From Promethearchaeota archaeon (lineage in GTDB: Archaea > Asgardarchaeota > Lokiarchaeia > Sigyniarchaeales > SOKP01), in assembly GCA_030599585.1 (NCBI GenBank), contig JAUVNS010000003.1, positions 32,001 through 96,000 on the forward strand: DNA of 64,000 nt. Reading direction: 5' to 3'. Made by a program: the position numbers and the translations under genes. This document shows positions 10,591 to 19,915 of this stretch, one piece after another; within the stretch, counting starts at the first letter, position 1; the number at the start of each line of letters is the position of its first letter. The notes beneath the pieces are model-generated. The model was not told the DNA's origin. It saw only the letters and a program-made list of their open reading frames with translations, and searched no databases.

Positions 10591-11337
10591 TTATTTAAAA
10601 TAGCATACTAATCCACCAAATTTCTTTACGCTAATACCCGCCTCAGATTCTTCATTGACGATTTTAGTTTTAATCTTAAGATTTTGTGCGATTTGTAAAA
10701 TTCGATGTGTCTTGTTTCTATTTTTTGGATTTTTTAGATATTCTTCAGTTAGAATTATGTAATTTGGTTTAGGTAAATTAGAATTTTGTTTAATAAGTCT
10801 TAGTTCATAATCGATTTCTCTCCACGAATAGAGAATCTTTGAAAACTTTTCATTTTTGTTAATTATTTCTGTCAATTCTTCTAGTATCAACAAAGCTTCT
10901 TGGTTTGAAGTTTCCCCTACGATGTCTTTAAAATAGTCTTGCGTTTTTAGGTAATACACATCCTTTTGAGTCTTCGCCTGATTACCTACGATCTTAGAAA
11001 AAACAACCCCTTGATTCCCCTTTTTTAATAACCATGAATGATGTTTATTAACATGGCTAAGAAATTCATCTGAATATTCTTCTTTCGGTGGGGAGAGTAG
11101 TATTACACTTCTAATTCCTTCTTTAATTATAGGTCTTAATACGTTAATGATTTCCTCATGAAAGTGAAATAAATGTTTTTTATTTTGATTTCTTCTTTTC
11201 CTTCCACGATTTATTTTAAAATGGGGTCTAATACTTTCACTGAATATTCTCCAAAATACAGCGTCGTTATCATGCAGACCAATAAGGATTGCTACTGGAT
11301 GACCGCGTCTTACGCGTTTCTTTCTTTTTTTAGACAT
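10591..11337 (-). CDS. Pelota/aRF1-family protein with domains 2 and 3 only
   Basis: Domain-2-like pattern (ILIGL..DAVF, FHEEIINVL, VILLSPP..YSDEFL) and a domain-3-like end (KIVNEESEAGISVKKFGGLVCYFK). No N-terminal domain and no GGQ. Confidence 0.7.
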   Translation of the reverse strand: MSKKRKKRVRRGHPVAILIGLHDNDAVFWRIFSESIRPHFKINRGRKRRNQNKKHLFHFHEEIINVLRPIIKEGIRSVILLSPPKEEYSDEFLSHVNKHHSWLLKKGNQGVVFSKIVGNQAKTQKDVYYLKTQDYFKDIVGETSNQEALLILEELTEIINKNEKFSKILYSWREIDYELRLIKQNSNLPKPNYIILTEEYLKNPKNRNKTHRILQIAQNLKIKTKIVNEESEAGISVKKFGGLVCYFK

Positions 11338-11547
11338 GATAAAATAGTAGATTTAATGTTTCCTAATTTTTTTAAATTTCGTGTTAAATAAATTCAAGTA
11401 TTTGTTAAATATTCCAGATGTAGTTAAAAATAGCTAGCAGATGATTTTTACTTTTTCATTAAATAAAATCTATATCATATTATGCTTTCTATAATTATGA
11501 GAATTAATTAGATTTTTACCATTATTTTAAATCAAAAGTGAGTTTAA

Positions 11548-13359
11548 ATGGCGACTGAAACCGATAAAAAAATTTTAAGGGCTCCTATTGCTTCGATTTT
11601 AGGGCATATCGATCACGGTAAAACATCTCTGTTAGATTATATTCGAGGAACCGTAGTGCAACAAAGAGAGGCTGCAGGAATAACCCAACATATAGGAGCA
11701 TCTTATTTTCCTACTAAGGATATAAAAGAGTTCTTAAAGAAATCAAAGCAAGAATTTGCTGAAAAAGAAATTCAATTACCTGGCATTTTGATTATTGACA
11801 CTCCCGGACACGCTGCTTTTATGAACCTACGCAAAAGAGGGGGGGCTGTTGCGGATATAGCAATATTGGTTATCGATGTAACAGCCGGGAACATGCCAAT
11901 TACGTGGGAATCAGTTAGAATTTTACGCGAGCGGAAAGTACCATTTGTAATTGCTGCTAATAAAATCGATAGGATATCCGGGTGGAAATCTGTTAAAGAT
12001 GCTGATTTCTTAGATTCATATAATAAGCAAAAACCTCATGTAAGAGATTTTCTTGACGAAAAATTAATTCAAATTGGGATAGATTTCTTACAGGAAGGTT
12101 TTACAGGAATAGATCGATACGATAAGATTAAAGATTTTACTAAAAAAGTAGCAATCGTACCTACGAGTGCCAAAACAGGCGAGGGAATATCGACTTTATT
12201 GATGGTTTTAATGGGATTAGTGCAACAATTTTTAACTGAAAACTTGAAATTTAGTGAAGGACCCGCTAAAGGCGTAGTTTTAGAGGTAAAGAAAGAAAAA
12301 GGCCAAGCAATAACTATGGATGTCCTAATTTACGACGGAGTAATCAAGAAAGGCGAAGAATTCATTGTTGGTGGCTTAGAAAAACCTATTAAGTCGAAAG
12401 TAAGAGCTTTACTCATACCGAAACCTCTAGATGAGATAAGAGATCCTAGACAAAAATTTGATTCCGTAGACATAGTAAGTGCGGCAGCGGGGATTAAAAT
12501 TCTCGCCCCTAATCTAGAGAATGTTGTTGCTGGTTCTCCATTTAGAGGAATTGGTGATGATCCTTCACAAGAAGAAATAGTATACAACGAAATTGAATCT
12601 GAGGTAGAAAGTATTCGAATTAAAACAGATAAAGCCGGGGTTGTGTTAAAAGCAGATACTTTAGGTTCTCTTGAAGCATTAGAAAATCATTTCACAAAGA
12701 ATGGTGTTAAGATAAGCATTGCTGATGTGGGTCCGATTAAGAAAGAAGATGTCATGAATGCGAATTTAGTTAAAATTCTTGATCCGTATTCAGCAGCCGT
12801 TTTAGGTTTTAATGTGGCTATTCTACCTGATGCAAAAGAACAAGCTATAACAGACAATATTAGAATTTTCACGAATAATGTCATTTACAGATTGTTGGAA
12901 GATTATATAGAATATGCTGAGATACGAAAAGCAGAGGAGACTGCTAAAGGATTAAGCGAATTAATATTACCTGCCAAGCTAAAAATGATTCCCGATTTTA
13001 TATTTAGAAACTCCGATCCCGCAGTATTTGGAGTTCACGTTGAAGAAGGTACTTTATATCCTAAAGTAATGTTAATCACTGCTGACGGAAAGAAAGCGAG
13101 AAGAGTTCACCAAATTCAAGATAAAGGTAAAACTTTAGAAAAAGCCGTAAAAGGTTCCGAAGTAGCAATATCTATTCGCGGCATTGAGATAGGGAGAGAT
13201 ATCGATAAAGACGAAACTTTGTTCGTTAATGTACCTGAATCTCACGTGAGACAGTTAATGGGAAAATTCCTAGATGAATTAACCGTGGACCAAAAACAAG
13301 CTTTACGAGAATATATTATCCTCCAAAGGTCGATGCAACACCCGTGGTGGGGTATGTAA
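11548..13359 (+). CDS. infB: Translation initiation factor aIF5B (IF-2)
   Basis: LRAPI..LGHIDHGKT, EAAGITQHIGA, DTPGH, NKID, KADTLGSLEAL and an archaeal-type C-terminus (PWWG). Confidence 0.97.
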   Translation: MATETDKKILRAPIASILGHIDHGKTSLLDYIRGTVVQQREAAGITQHIGASYFPTKDIKEFLKKSKQEFAEKEIQLPGILIIDTPGHAAFMNLRKRGGAVADIAILVIDVTAGNMPITWESVRILRERKVPFVIAANKIDRISGWKSVKDADFLDSYNKQKPHVRDFLDEKLIQIGIDFLQEGFTGIDRYDKIKDFTKKVAIVPTSAKTGEGISTLLMVLMGLVQQFLTENLKFSEGPAKGVVLEVKKEKGQAITMDVLIYDGVIKKGEEFIVGGLEKPIKSKVRALLIPKPLDEIRDPRQKFDSVDIVSAAAGIKILAPNLENVVAGSPFRGIGDDPSQEEIVYNEIESEVESIRIKTDKAGVVLKADTLGSLEALENHFTKNGVKISIADVGPIKKEDVMNANLVKILDPYSAAVLGFNVAILPDAKEQAITDNIRIFTNNVIYRLLEDYIEYAEIRKAEETAKGLSELILPAKLKMIPDFIFRNSDPAVFGVHVEEGTLYPKVMLITADGKKARRVHQIQDKGKTLEKAVKGSEVAISIRGIEIGRDIDKDETLFVNVPESHVRQLMGKFLDELTVDQKQALREYIILQRSMQHPWWGM

Positions 13360-13976
13360 TGATTGAAATTCGCAAAATTTTGCATCTTCCCGTCGATAAA
13401 TTAAAAACTGCTGGAATTATCCTTAGTAAGGCATTTAGTCAGGATCCTATTTTTAGTTATCTTATTCCGGATACTAAACATCGATTAAAAACACTTAATC
13501 TTTATTTTCAACATGTTATCAAATATGGTTTACGTTATGGAGAAGTATACTCATCTCCAAATTTAGAAGGTATTTCTATTTGGTTACCACCAAAGAATTC
13601 ATCTCACACCAGATGGAAAGCAATAAAAACGGGGGCATTAGTTCTGCCCTTAAAAGTTAAATGGAAATACCTGACTTTACAAAATAAACTTTATAAATTT
13701 ACAGATAATCTTCATAAAAAATTTGTTCCGTACCCGCATTGGTACTTATCTCTAATTGGAGTAGGACCCATCCATCAAGGAAAGGGTTTTGGACAACAGC
13801 TATTATCTACAACTATTAATAGAATTGATCTAGAATACAAACCAATTTATCTTGAAACGAATAAAGAAAAAAATATAGAAATTTTTAAGCGGTTCGGCTT
13901 TCGCATCCTTCAAAAAGTTATTGTTCCAGGTACTGAGATTTTTCATTGGAGTCTTTTAAGGAACCCAAGTAAATAA
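13359..13976 (+). CDS. GNAT N-acetyltransferase (puromycin-acetyltransferase-like)
   Basis: AFSQDP, PHWYLSLIGVGPIHQGKGFG, YLET, and N...FKRFGF. The ATG overlaps the infB stop (TAATG). Confidence 0.88.
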   Translation: MIEIRKILHLPVDKLKTAGIILSKAFSQDPIFSYLIPDTKHRLKTLNLYFQHVIKYGLRYGEVYSSPNLEGISIWLPPKNSSHTRWKAIKTGALVLPLKVKWKYLTLQNKLYKFTDNLHKKFVPYPHWYLSLIGVGPIHQGKGFGQQLLSTTINRIDLEYKPIYLETNKEKNIEIFKRFGFRILQKVIVPGTEIFHWSLLRNPSK

Positions 13977-14105
13977 AGAATTTGTATGAAAGTTGAAGTT
14001 AATTGGATAAAAATGCTTAAGTTAATAGAATTTATTTAAATTCTGAATACCTTTATATAATAAGAACAATTTTTACTTCAATCAACGCTTCCAAATCATT
14101 CACGC

Positions 14106-15560
14106 ATGACTTTAATAAATACAATCTTTGAAGAAGTTTTAGAAGATATTATTCCAACCCAACTTGAACTCACTTTAATCAATGATATCATTAAAAAACT
14201 CATAAAATTATTAAATGAGAAAGCTCAACAATTAGAAATCAAATATACAAAAATTGAACCTCAAGGCTCAACAGGAATCAAACAAACGCAATTAAAAAAC
14301 GATTTTGACATAGATCTATTTGTTGGACTCGATTATAAGTTATATAAACCAAAATACGAAGGTTTAAGCAAAAATAAATTAAAAAAAGCATCTAAGAAAG
14401 ATTTTCTTAATTTGTGTAATAATTGGATAAAAAAATCGTTAACTCTAAAAGAATTTAGCAATCCACGGCTCCTTTATGCTGAACATCCTTATGTAACGGT
14501 TGACTACTTAGCTGAAAATTATAAAATTAAAATTGACATCGTTCTTTTTTTCGATTTAGATTTAGATTTTATAAGTAATTATGGACCCGTAACGGCAGTT
14601 GATAGATCACCTTGGCATGGTCATTTTATCAAAAATAATTTAACGGAAGAACAAAAGAATGATGTAAGAATATTAAAGCAGTTTTTCAAAGCTAATCATT
14701 GCTACGGTGACAAAAGTGCTGTCGGAAAAGTGGGATTCATTGGCTATAGTGCAGAATTGCTTATAGCTCATTACAAAACTCTGCAAAATTTGTTTTCTAA
14801 TTTCAGTTTACTTAGAGACAACCCTATTGATTTTCATAATAGATCCATTGATGATTTAAGAAAGATTCACCATTTTCAAAACGATTATCTCATCGTTACT
14901 GATCCTATTGATAAGAATCGAAATGTAGCTTCAGCAATTTCAGAAAAGGCATATAAATATTGTAATCAGAGAGTCAAGGAATTTCTAGATAATCCCAATA
15001 AGAAGTTCTTTGTTATAGAAGAAATTCCGGAAATAAATATCTCCACTATAGATAGGTCCCTTGTTGATAATATTTTCATAGTCGAGCTTAAAAACGAAAA
15101 CACTGAGATTCATTATACGATTAATCGAGATAAATTATACTCCATAGGGGATAATATAAAATCGAAGGGAGAAAAAGAATTCTCGCACGCTCAGCGATTT
15201 GGTAAAATAGAATTTGAAGTGTATTTTGAAGCAGATCATGAGGATTATAATATCGCTATTTACTGCGAATATCCCGAAATAGAGAAATCTTATCTACGTC
15301 GAGGCCCTCTAAGTAAAGATATTATCCACTCAGACAAATTTAAACAAAAGAATCCCGGTTGTTTCGAGAAAGACGGCTACTTATGGGTAAAAACTATAAG
15401 AGATTATGACATTTTTATAGATTATTTAAAAAATTTCGTCACAAACAAAATTCCAGATAATTTAAGAATTGTTAATTTATCGAATTCTAAAGAAACCGTG
15501 ACAAAACCAGGTAAAAGAAGTATCTACGTCTTGGTAAATATGGTTTTACCTTTTGTCTAA
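14106..15560 (+). CDS. cca: Archaeal class I CCA-adding enzyme
   Basis: QGS, DFDIDLF, YAEHPYV, TAVDRSPWH, GFIGYSAELL, DPIDKNRNVASA. Confidence 0.93.
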   Translation: MTLINTIFEEVLEDIIPTQLELTLINDIIKKLIKLLNEKAQQLEIKYTKIEPQGSTGIKQTQLKNDFDIDLFVGLDYKLYKPKYEGLSKNKLKKASKKDFLNLCNNWIKKSLTLKEFSNPRLLYAEHPYVTVDYLAENYKIKIDIVLFFDLDLDFISNYGPVTAVDRSPWHGHFIKNNLTEEQKNDVRILKQFFKANHCYGDKSAVGKVGFIGYSAELLIAHYKTLQNLFSNFSLLRDNPIDFHNRSIDDLRKIHHFQNDYLIVTDPIDKNRNVASAISEKAYKYCNQRVKEFLDNPNKKFFVIEEIPEINISTIDRSLVDNIFIVELKNENTEIHYTINRDKLYSIGDNIKSKGEKEFSHAQRFGKIEFEVYFEADHEDYNIAIYCEYPEIEKSYLRRGPLSKDIIHSDKFKQKNPGCFEKDGYLWVKTIRDYDIFIDYLKNFVTNKIPDNLRIVNLSNSKETVTKPGKRSIYVLVNMVLPFV

Positions 15561-15635
15561 ACTCCTTTTTTTTGCTCTTTCGCGGGATTTAGAATAGTTC
15601 ATCAAATGTTCAAGAGTCCATTCATAGTTTAGCAT
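15546..15635 (-). CDS. Possible 29-aa micro-protein MLNYEWTLEHLMNYSKSRERAKKRSLDKR
   Basis: ATG to TAA, too short for the ORF track. It is more GC-rich than its flanks and overlaps the cca 3' end by 15 nt. Confidence 0.3.
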   Translation of the reverse strand: MLNYEWTLEHLMNYSKSRERAKKRSLDKR

Positions 15636-15715
15636 TAAAAACTAATTATGCATCTTTACCTTATTTTAATTAATAACAAAAAACAAGAAAAATAAAAAAA
15701 AGGAGGTAAAAACAA

Positions 15716-15787
15716 ATGGAAAGAACCAATATTAAAGCCTTAAAAGCTAAAATGAACTACAAAACTTTGAATTTTGTTGTAAGATAA
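15716..15787 (+). CDS. Probable 23-aa micro-ORF MERTNIKALKAKMNYKTLNFVVR
   Basis: A perfect Shine-Dalgarno AGGAGGT at 15701-15707 lies 8 nt before the ATG. A T-rich tract follows the stop. Confidence 0.45.
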   Translation: MERTNIKALKAKMNYKTLNFVVR

Positions 15788-15862
15788 GCATGAAATAAAT
15801 TCTTTTTTTAACATTTTATTTTAATTTAAAAATACCAAAAACCCCATAAAAGGTAAATAAAA

Positions 15863-15934
15863 ATGGATAAGTATGAAAGAAAAACAATAATAATAAAATC
15901 TGATAGCGCTTTTCCTGAGCGTATAAATTTTTAA
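15863..15934 (+). CDS. Possible 23-aa micro-ORF MDKYERKTIIIKSDSAFPERINF
   Basis: Its start context AGGTAAATAAAAATGGA closely mirrors that of the 15716 ORF (AGGTAAAAACAAATGGA), and the length is the same. Confidence 0.35.
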   Translation: MDKYERKTIIIKSDSAFPERINF

Positions 15935-16161
15935 TTACGATTTCTTCTAAAGAAATATACTAATTTTTCGTAGGTTACCGATTAATTATCAAGATTTGTC
16001 ACTCTAATTTATAAAAAAACAATTAATAAATCTTTTGAGTTAGCGGTAGATTGCTTTTTCCATAAAATTTTTATGATTTTATTAATTTACTATTTTAAAT
16101 ATTATTCTTATTATTTCATAGTTAATTACTATGATCTTTAAGTTAAAAGAGAGAAAATGAA

Positions 16162-18414
16162 ATGGTTAAAGTAAAAAATCCCGAAGAGATCGCACGCCTC
16201 ATTACATCAGGTTCATTTGAGAAAAAACGGTTGTTTTCAATAGTAGCTCATATAGACCATGGTAAAACCACCGCAAGCGACTATTTGTTAAGACGTGCGG
16301 GATTAATGAGGGAAGAGGACGCCGGACAACTTCAGATGACTGATTCTGACGAAGAGGAGCAGGCAAGAGGAATTACTATTTTTACGAGTGTTGTTTTGTT
16401 AGCATTCAATGATCCAAGAAAACCGGATGAAGATGAACCATACATCCTCCAAATTAATGATACCCCGGGACATATTTCTTTTACCGGAGAAGTCTCGCGT
16501 GCTCTTAGAGGTAGCGATGGGGCAATAATTCTCGTTGATGCTTTAGAAGGAGTTATGACTCAAACGGAGACAAATATCCGATTATCCGTTGGTGAAGAGT
16601 ATTGCAAACCTGTATTATTTGTTAATAAGGTAGATCGGTTAATAAGTGAGCTTAAATTAAGTCCACAAGATACCTTCGCAAAAATTGATAAAATATCAAA
16701 ACAGGTAAATGAATTAATCAAAAAGATTAGACCTAAAGGATCGGGTTGGACCGTTGATTTTGCAAAAAACAGTGTTGCTGTTGGCTCAGCGAAACACGGC
16801 TGGGGGTTTACGTACGAAATTTTAATAGAAAAAGGTTTAACACCACAAGATGTATTCGCAAAATATAAAGAAGGCGACATTCAGTGGCTAAGAGAAAATC
16901 TTCCACTTGACGAGCCTATGTTAAGGATGGTTGTAGATCACTTACCTAATCCTGTTGAAGCTTCAAAGTATAGAATCCCTCACATATGGGGGGGTGATTT
17001 AGAATCAGAACTAGGACAATCACTTCAAAAGTGTGATCCTAATGGACCTCTCTATGGTATGATTACAAAAATATTCTTAGACCCCCGAAGAGGGTATCAA
17101 CCTACTCTTATAGGTCGTGTTTTTTCTGGTACATTCCGATCCTCGGACTCGATCTATTTGGTAAATAACAGAAAAACTAATCGAGTAAAGCGATTGGGAG
17201 TCATGGAAATTACAGATCTATTAGATATCCCAAAAATTCCTGCAGGAAATTTGTTTGCTTTATACGGTTTTATTTGTCCCTCTGGAGAGACATTTATGTC
17301 AGCTAGTGATGTCCCAAAGGATAAAAAAGAAGCTTTACTTCTGCCGTCTTTTGAAAAAATCCAATATGCATGCGAACCCGTAGTTTCAAGAAGTATAAAA
17401 CCAAAAGACCCTCACGAAATCGACAAATTAGATACGGTAGTAAGTAAGTGGCTCCAAGCAGATCCTACTGCGATGTATCGGCGGGACAAAGAATCTGGAG
17501 AGTTCATTTTAAGTGGAATCGATCCGCTTCAAATTGAAATCCTTACCAAACGGATCAATATCCAAGTTCCAATTATAATCGGTGAACCGATTATAGTGTA
17601 TCGAGAAAAAATTACTAAGAGAAGCAGAAATTTTTATACAAAATCAGCTAATTCCCATAACCGCATATTGTTATACATTGAACCGCTGGACGAGATTACA
17701 GAAAAACTAATTGACTCTGGAAAAATAACAGATTTGATGCACGATAAGGATAGAGCTAAAATCTTGAGAGAGGAAGCAGGTTGGGACGCAAAAGAAGCTA
17801 GAAGGATCGTTGATGTATACCAAGGAAGTTTACTCGTAAATGGTACCTCAGGATTACAAAGGTTTGATAAAGTTAAATCTTATTTAACGGCCGCTTTTAG
17901 GGATTGGCTTGGAGAATGTATTCTTGCGAAAGAACCAGCAGCAGGATTTAAAATAGTTTTCACAGACATGACTATTCATGAAGACACTCGCCATACATCT
18001 TATGGTCAAATTGCTGGTATGACATTTTCAGCGATGTCTCTTGCAATGTTGGACGCTGATCCTCATCTTTTTGAACCTATTCAGAGAATTGACGTGAAAA
18101 CTCCAGATGGGTCAGAGGGACCAGTAAATGCTATTATAAACAGACGACGTGGCAAAATTACGAATGTGGTTCCAGAAGGAGAATATGTAAGAGTTTATGG
18201 TGTAATTCCCGCAGCTGAAACTATTGGTATAGCGGACGATATACGAGGTTCTACTCAAGGAAGAGCGTTTTTTGGATACGAATTTTCGGGTTTTGAAAAA
18301 GTACCGAATAGTTTAGAAGAAGATCTTATCCTCGAAATTAGGAAGAGGAAAGGTATGCCAGATCATTTGGCTAATACTTCAAGCTGGGATCGATTTATTT
18401 ACAAAAAAACTTAA
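16162..18414 (+). CDS. Elongation factor 2, probably the divergent Asgard paralogue (aEF-2p)
   Basis: AHIDHGKTT, RGITI, DTPGH, NKVD and a full domain II-V layout. The diphthamide loop reads HEDTRHTS instead of HEDAIHRG. It is not in an rpsL/rpsG operon. Confidence 0.9.
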   Translation: MVKVKNPEEIARLITSGSFEKKRLFSIVAHIDHGKTTASDYLLRRAGLMREEDAGQLQMTDSDEEEQARGITIFTSVVLLAFNDPRKPDEDEPYILQINDTPGHISFTGEVSRALRGSDGAIILVDALEGVMTQTETNIRLSVGEEYCKPVLFVNKVDRLISELKLSPQDTFAKIDKISKQVNELIKKIRPKGSGWTVDFAKNSVAVGSAKHGWGFTYEILIEKGLTPQDVFAKYKEGDIQWLRENLPLDEPMLRMVVDHLPNPVEASKYRIPHIWGGDLESELGQSLQKCDPNGPLYGMITKIFLDPRRGYQPTLIGRVFSGTFRSSDSIYLVNNRKTNRVKRLGVMEITDLLDIPKIPAGNLFALYGFICPSGETFMSASDVPKDKKEALLLPSFEKIQYACEPVVSRSIKPKDPHEIDKLDTVVSKWLQADPTAMYRRDKESGEFILSGIDPLQIEILTKRINIQVPIIIGEPIIVYREKITKRSRNFYTKSANSHNRILLYIEPLDEITEKLIDSGKITDLMHDKDRAKILREEAGWDAKEARRIVDVYQGSLLVNGTSGLQRFDKVKSYLTAAFRDWLGECILAKEPAAGFKIVFTDMTIHEDTRHTSYGQIAGMTFSAMSLAMLDADPHLFEPIQRIDVKTPDGSEGPVNAIINRRRGKITNVVPEGEYVRVYGVIPAAETIGIADDIRGSTQGRAFFGYEFSGFEKVPNSLEEDLILEIRKRKGMPDHLANTSSWDRFIYKKT

Positions 18415-18419
18415 AAATT

Positions 18420-19820
18420 TTAATTTTTATCATCTTTTGTTTTATTATTTTCCATTAATTTCAGTCGTAATTTAACATTTTTAGATACTCTTTTTATTCC
18501 TAGGTCAAAATCATCTAGTGTGATTTCTATTTGTTCAAGATACTTCGGATCAATCTTTTCAGAATCGAACTCCATTGATGGTAGTAACCTTCTCAACACA
18601 AAAATTAAAGCTTCTTTACATACCGCAGAAATATCAGCTCCACTAAAATTATGAGTCTTTTTAGCTAATTCTTTAATTGAAACCGATTTTTCTAATGGCA
18701 TACTTCTTGTATGAATTCTAAATATTTCTGCACGACTATTTTCTTCAGGTAACTTTATCTCAATTATTCTGTCAAATCTCCCCGGGCTAAGTAAAGCAGG
18801 TTCTAATAAATTAAGCTTATTGGTTATGCCAATTACAATAACTCTTCCTCTGTCATCGAACCCATCCAGTAAGGACAACAACTGAGATGTAACTCTTCTA
18901 TCTACTTCTCCAGTCTTTTCGCCTATTTTTGGAGCAATTGAATCTAATTCGTCGATAAGGATAATTGAAGGCGCGTTTTTTTTAGCGTCATCGAAGATAT
19001 CTCTTAGATTTTGTTCGCTTTGTCCATAAAATTTACTCATGATTTCAGGACCGCTAATAGTTATAAAATGGGCATCAGTTTCAAATGCAACTGCTCTGGC
19101 TAACAGAGTTTTTCCCGTTCCAGAAGGACCATGTAATAAAACACCTTTAGGTGGATCGATTCCAATGGTTTTGAATATTTCTGGATGTCTTATTGGCAAT
19201 TCGATCATTTCACGAATTCTCTGAATTTCGTCTTCTAACCCTCCTATATCTTCGTAACTTACCCTTGATTTTTCTCTTTCAATAATTTCTTTATGAGTTT
19301 TTTCACTTAATTTAATCTCCGTACCAGAATGAATTCTTACTGCGGCAGTTTTTGGTAAAAAATCAATAACTACAAAGTCATATTTCTTATTATACGAGTA
19401 AAAGCTTAATATATCGTTCTTAGTAAGAACCCTATTCTCTAAAAGGGAGTTTAGTTGCTTCGGGCTAATTACAATCGTTTCTGTTAATCCTGCGAATACT
19501 ACTTTTTCCGCTAAAGCAACTTTAATTTTGCAAATCTCAACATAATCATCTAAGGTAGTATCGATGTTTCTGCGTAAAAATGGATCTAGCCGAATTATAC
19601 CTGCCCCATTATCTTCACGTTTACTTGGAAATAATAATGCAGCAGTTTTTAATTTTGAAATGGGGTTATATATCTCTAACACATCACCATTTTTTAAATT
19701 CAACTTTTTTACGACTTCAGCGTCAATCCTAATTCTACCTTGCCCAGAATCATTCTTGAAAGCGTCTTTCACTCTAAGTCTATTATCTTTTCCTTCCACA
19801 CCACTTGAAATTTCACTCAT
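18420..19820 (-). CDS. Cdc48/VAT-like AAA+ ATPase (N-domain plus a single AAA module), intact Walker B
   Basis: Double-psi-barrel N-domain ([16 protein letters not shown]), [26 protein letters not shown]. Confidence 0.9.
   Translation of the reverse strand: MSEISSGVEGKDNRLRVKDAFKNDSGQGRIRIDAEVVKKLNLKNGDVLEIYNPISKLKTAALLFPSKREDNGAGIIRLDPFLRRNIDTTLDDYVEICKIKVALAEKVVFAGLTETIVISPKQLNSLLENRVLTKNDILSFYSYNKKYDFVVIDFLPKTAAVRIHSGTEIKLSEKTHKEIIEREKSRVSYEDIGGLEDEIQRIREMIELPIRHPEIFKTIGIDPPKGVLLHGPSGTGKTLLARAVAFETDAHFITISGPEIMSKFYGQSEQNLRDIFDDAKKNAPSIILIDELDSIAPKIGEKTGEVDRRVTSQLLSLLDGFDDRGRVIVIGITNKLNLLEPALLSPGRFDRIIEIKLPEENSRAEIFRIHTRSMPLEKSVSIKELAKKTHNFSGADISAVCKEALIFVLRRLLPSMEFDSEKIDPKYLEQIEITLDDFDLGIKRVSKNVKLRLKLMENNKTKDDKN
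18658..18800. repeat. Copy 1 of a 143-bp near-identical segment shared by the two AAA genes
   Basis: Matches 20163-20305 (offset 1505 nt) with a single mismatch (18753 C vs 20258 A). Confidence 0.92.
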
Positions 19821-19915
19821 TTTGTAATCACACTCAAATCTTCTTATTATGCATTACTATCGTTATAATTCCGTTATTAACTTCTAAAAAATGATCGTCC
19901 ATTGTAGATTCAGAC

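Noticed and set aside
16061-16075. Inverted repeat CATAAAA-T-TTTTATG upstream of the EF-2 paralogue
   Set aside because: It is almost purely A/T in a very AT-rich region, and I saw no second copy, so it is not supportable as an operator.
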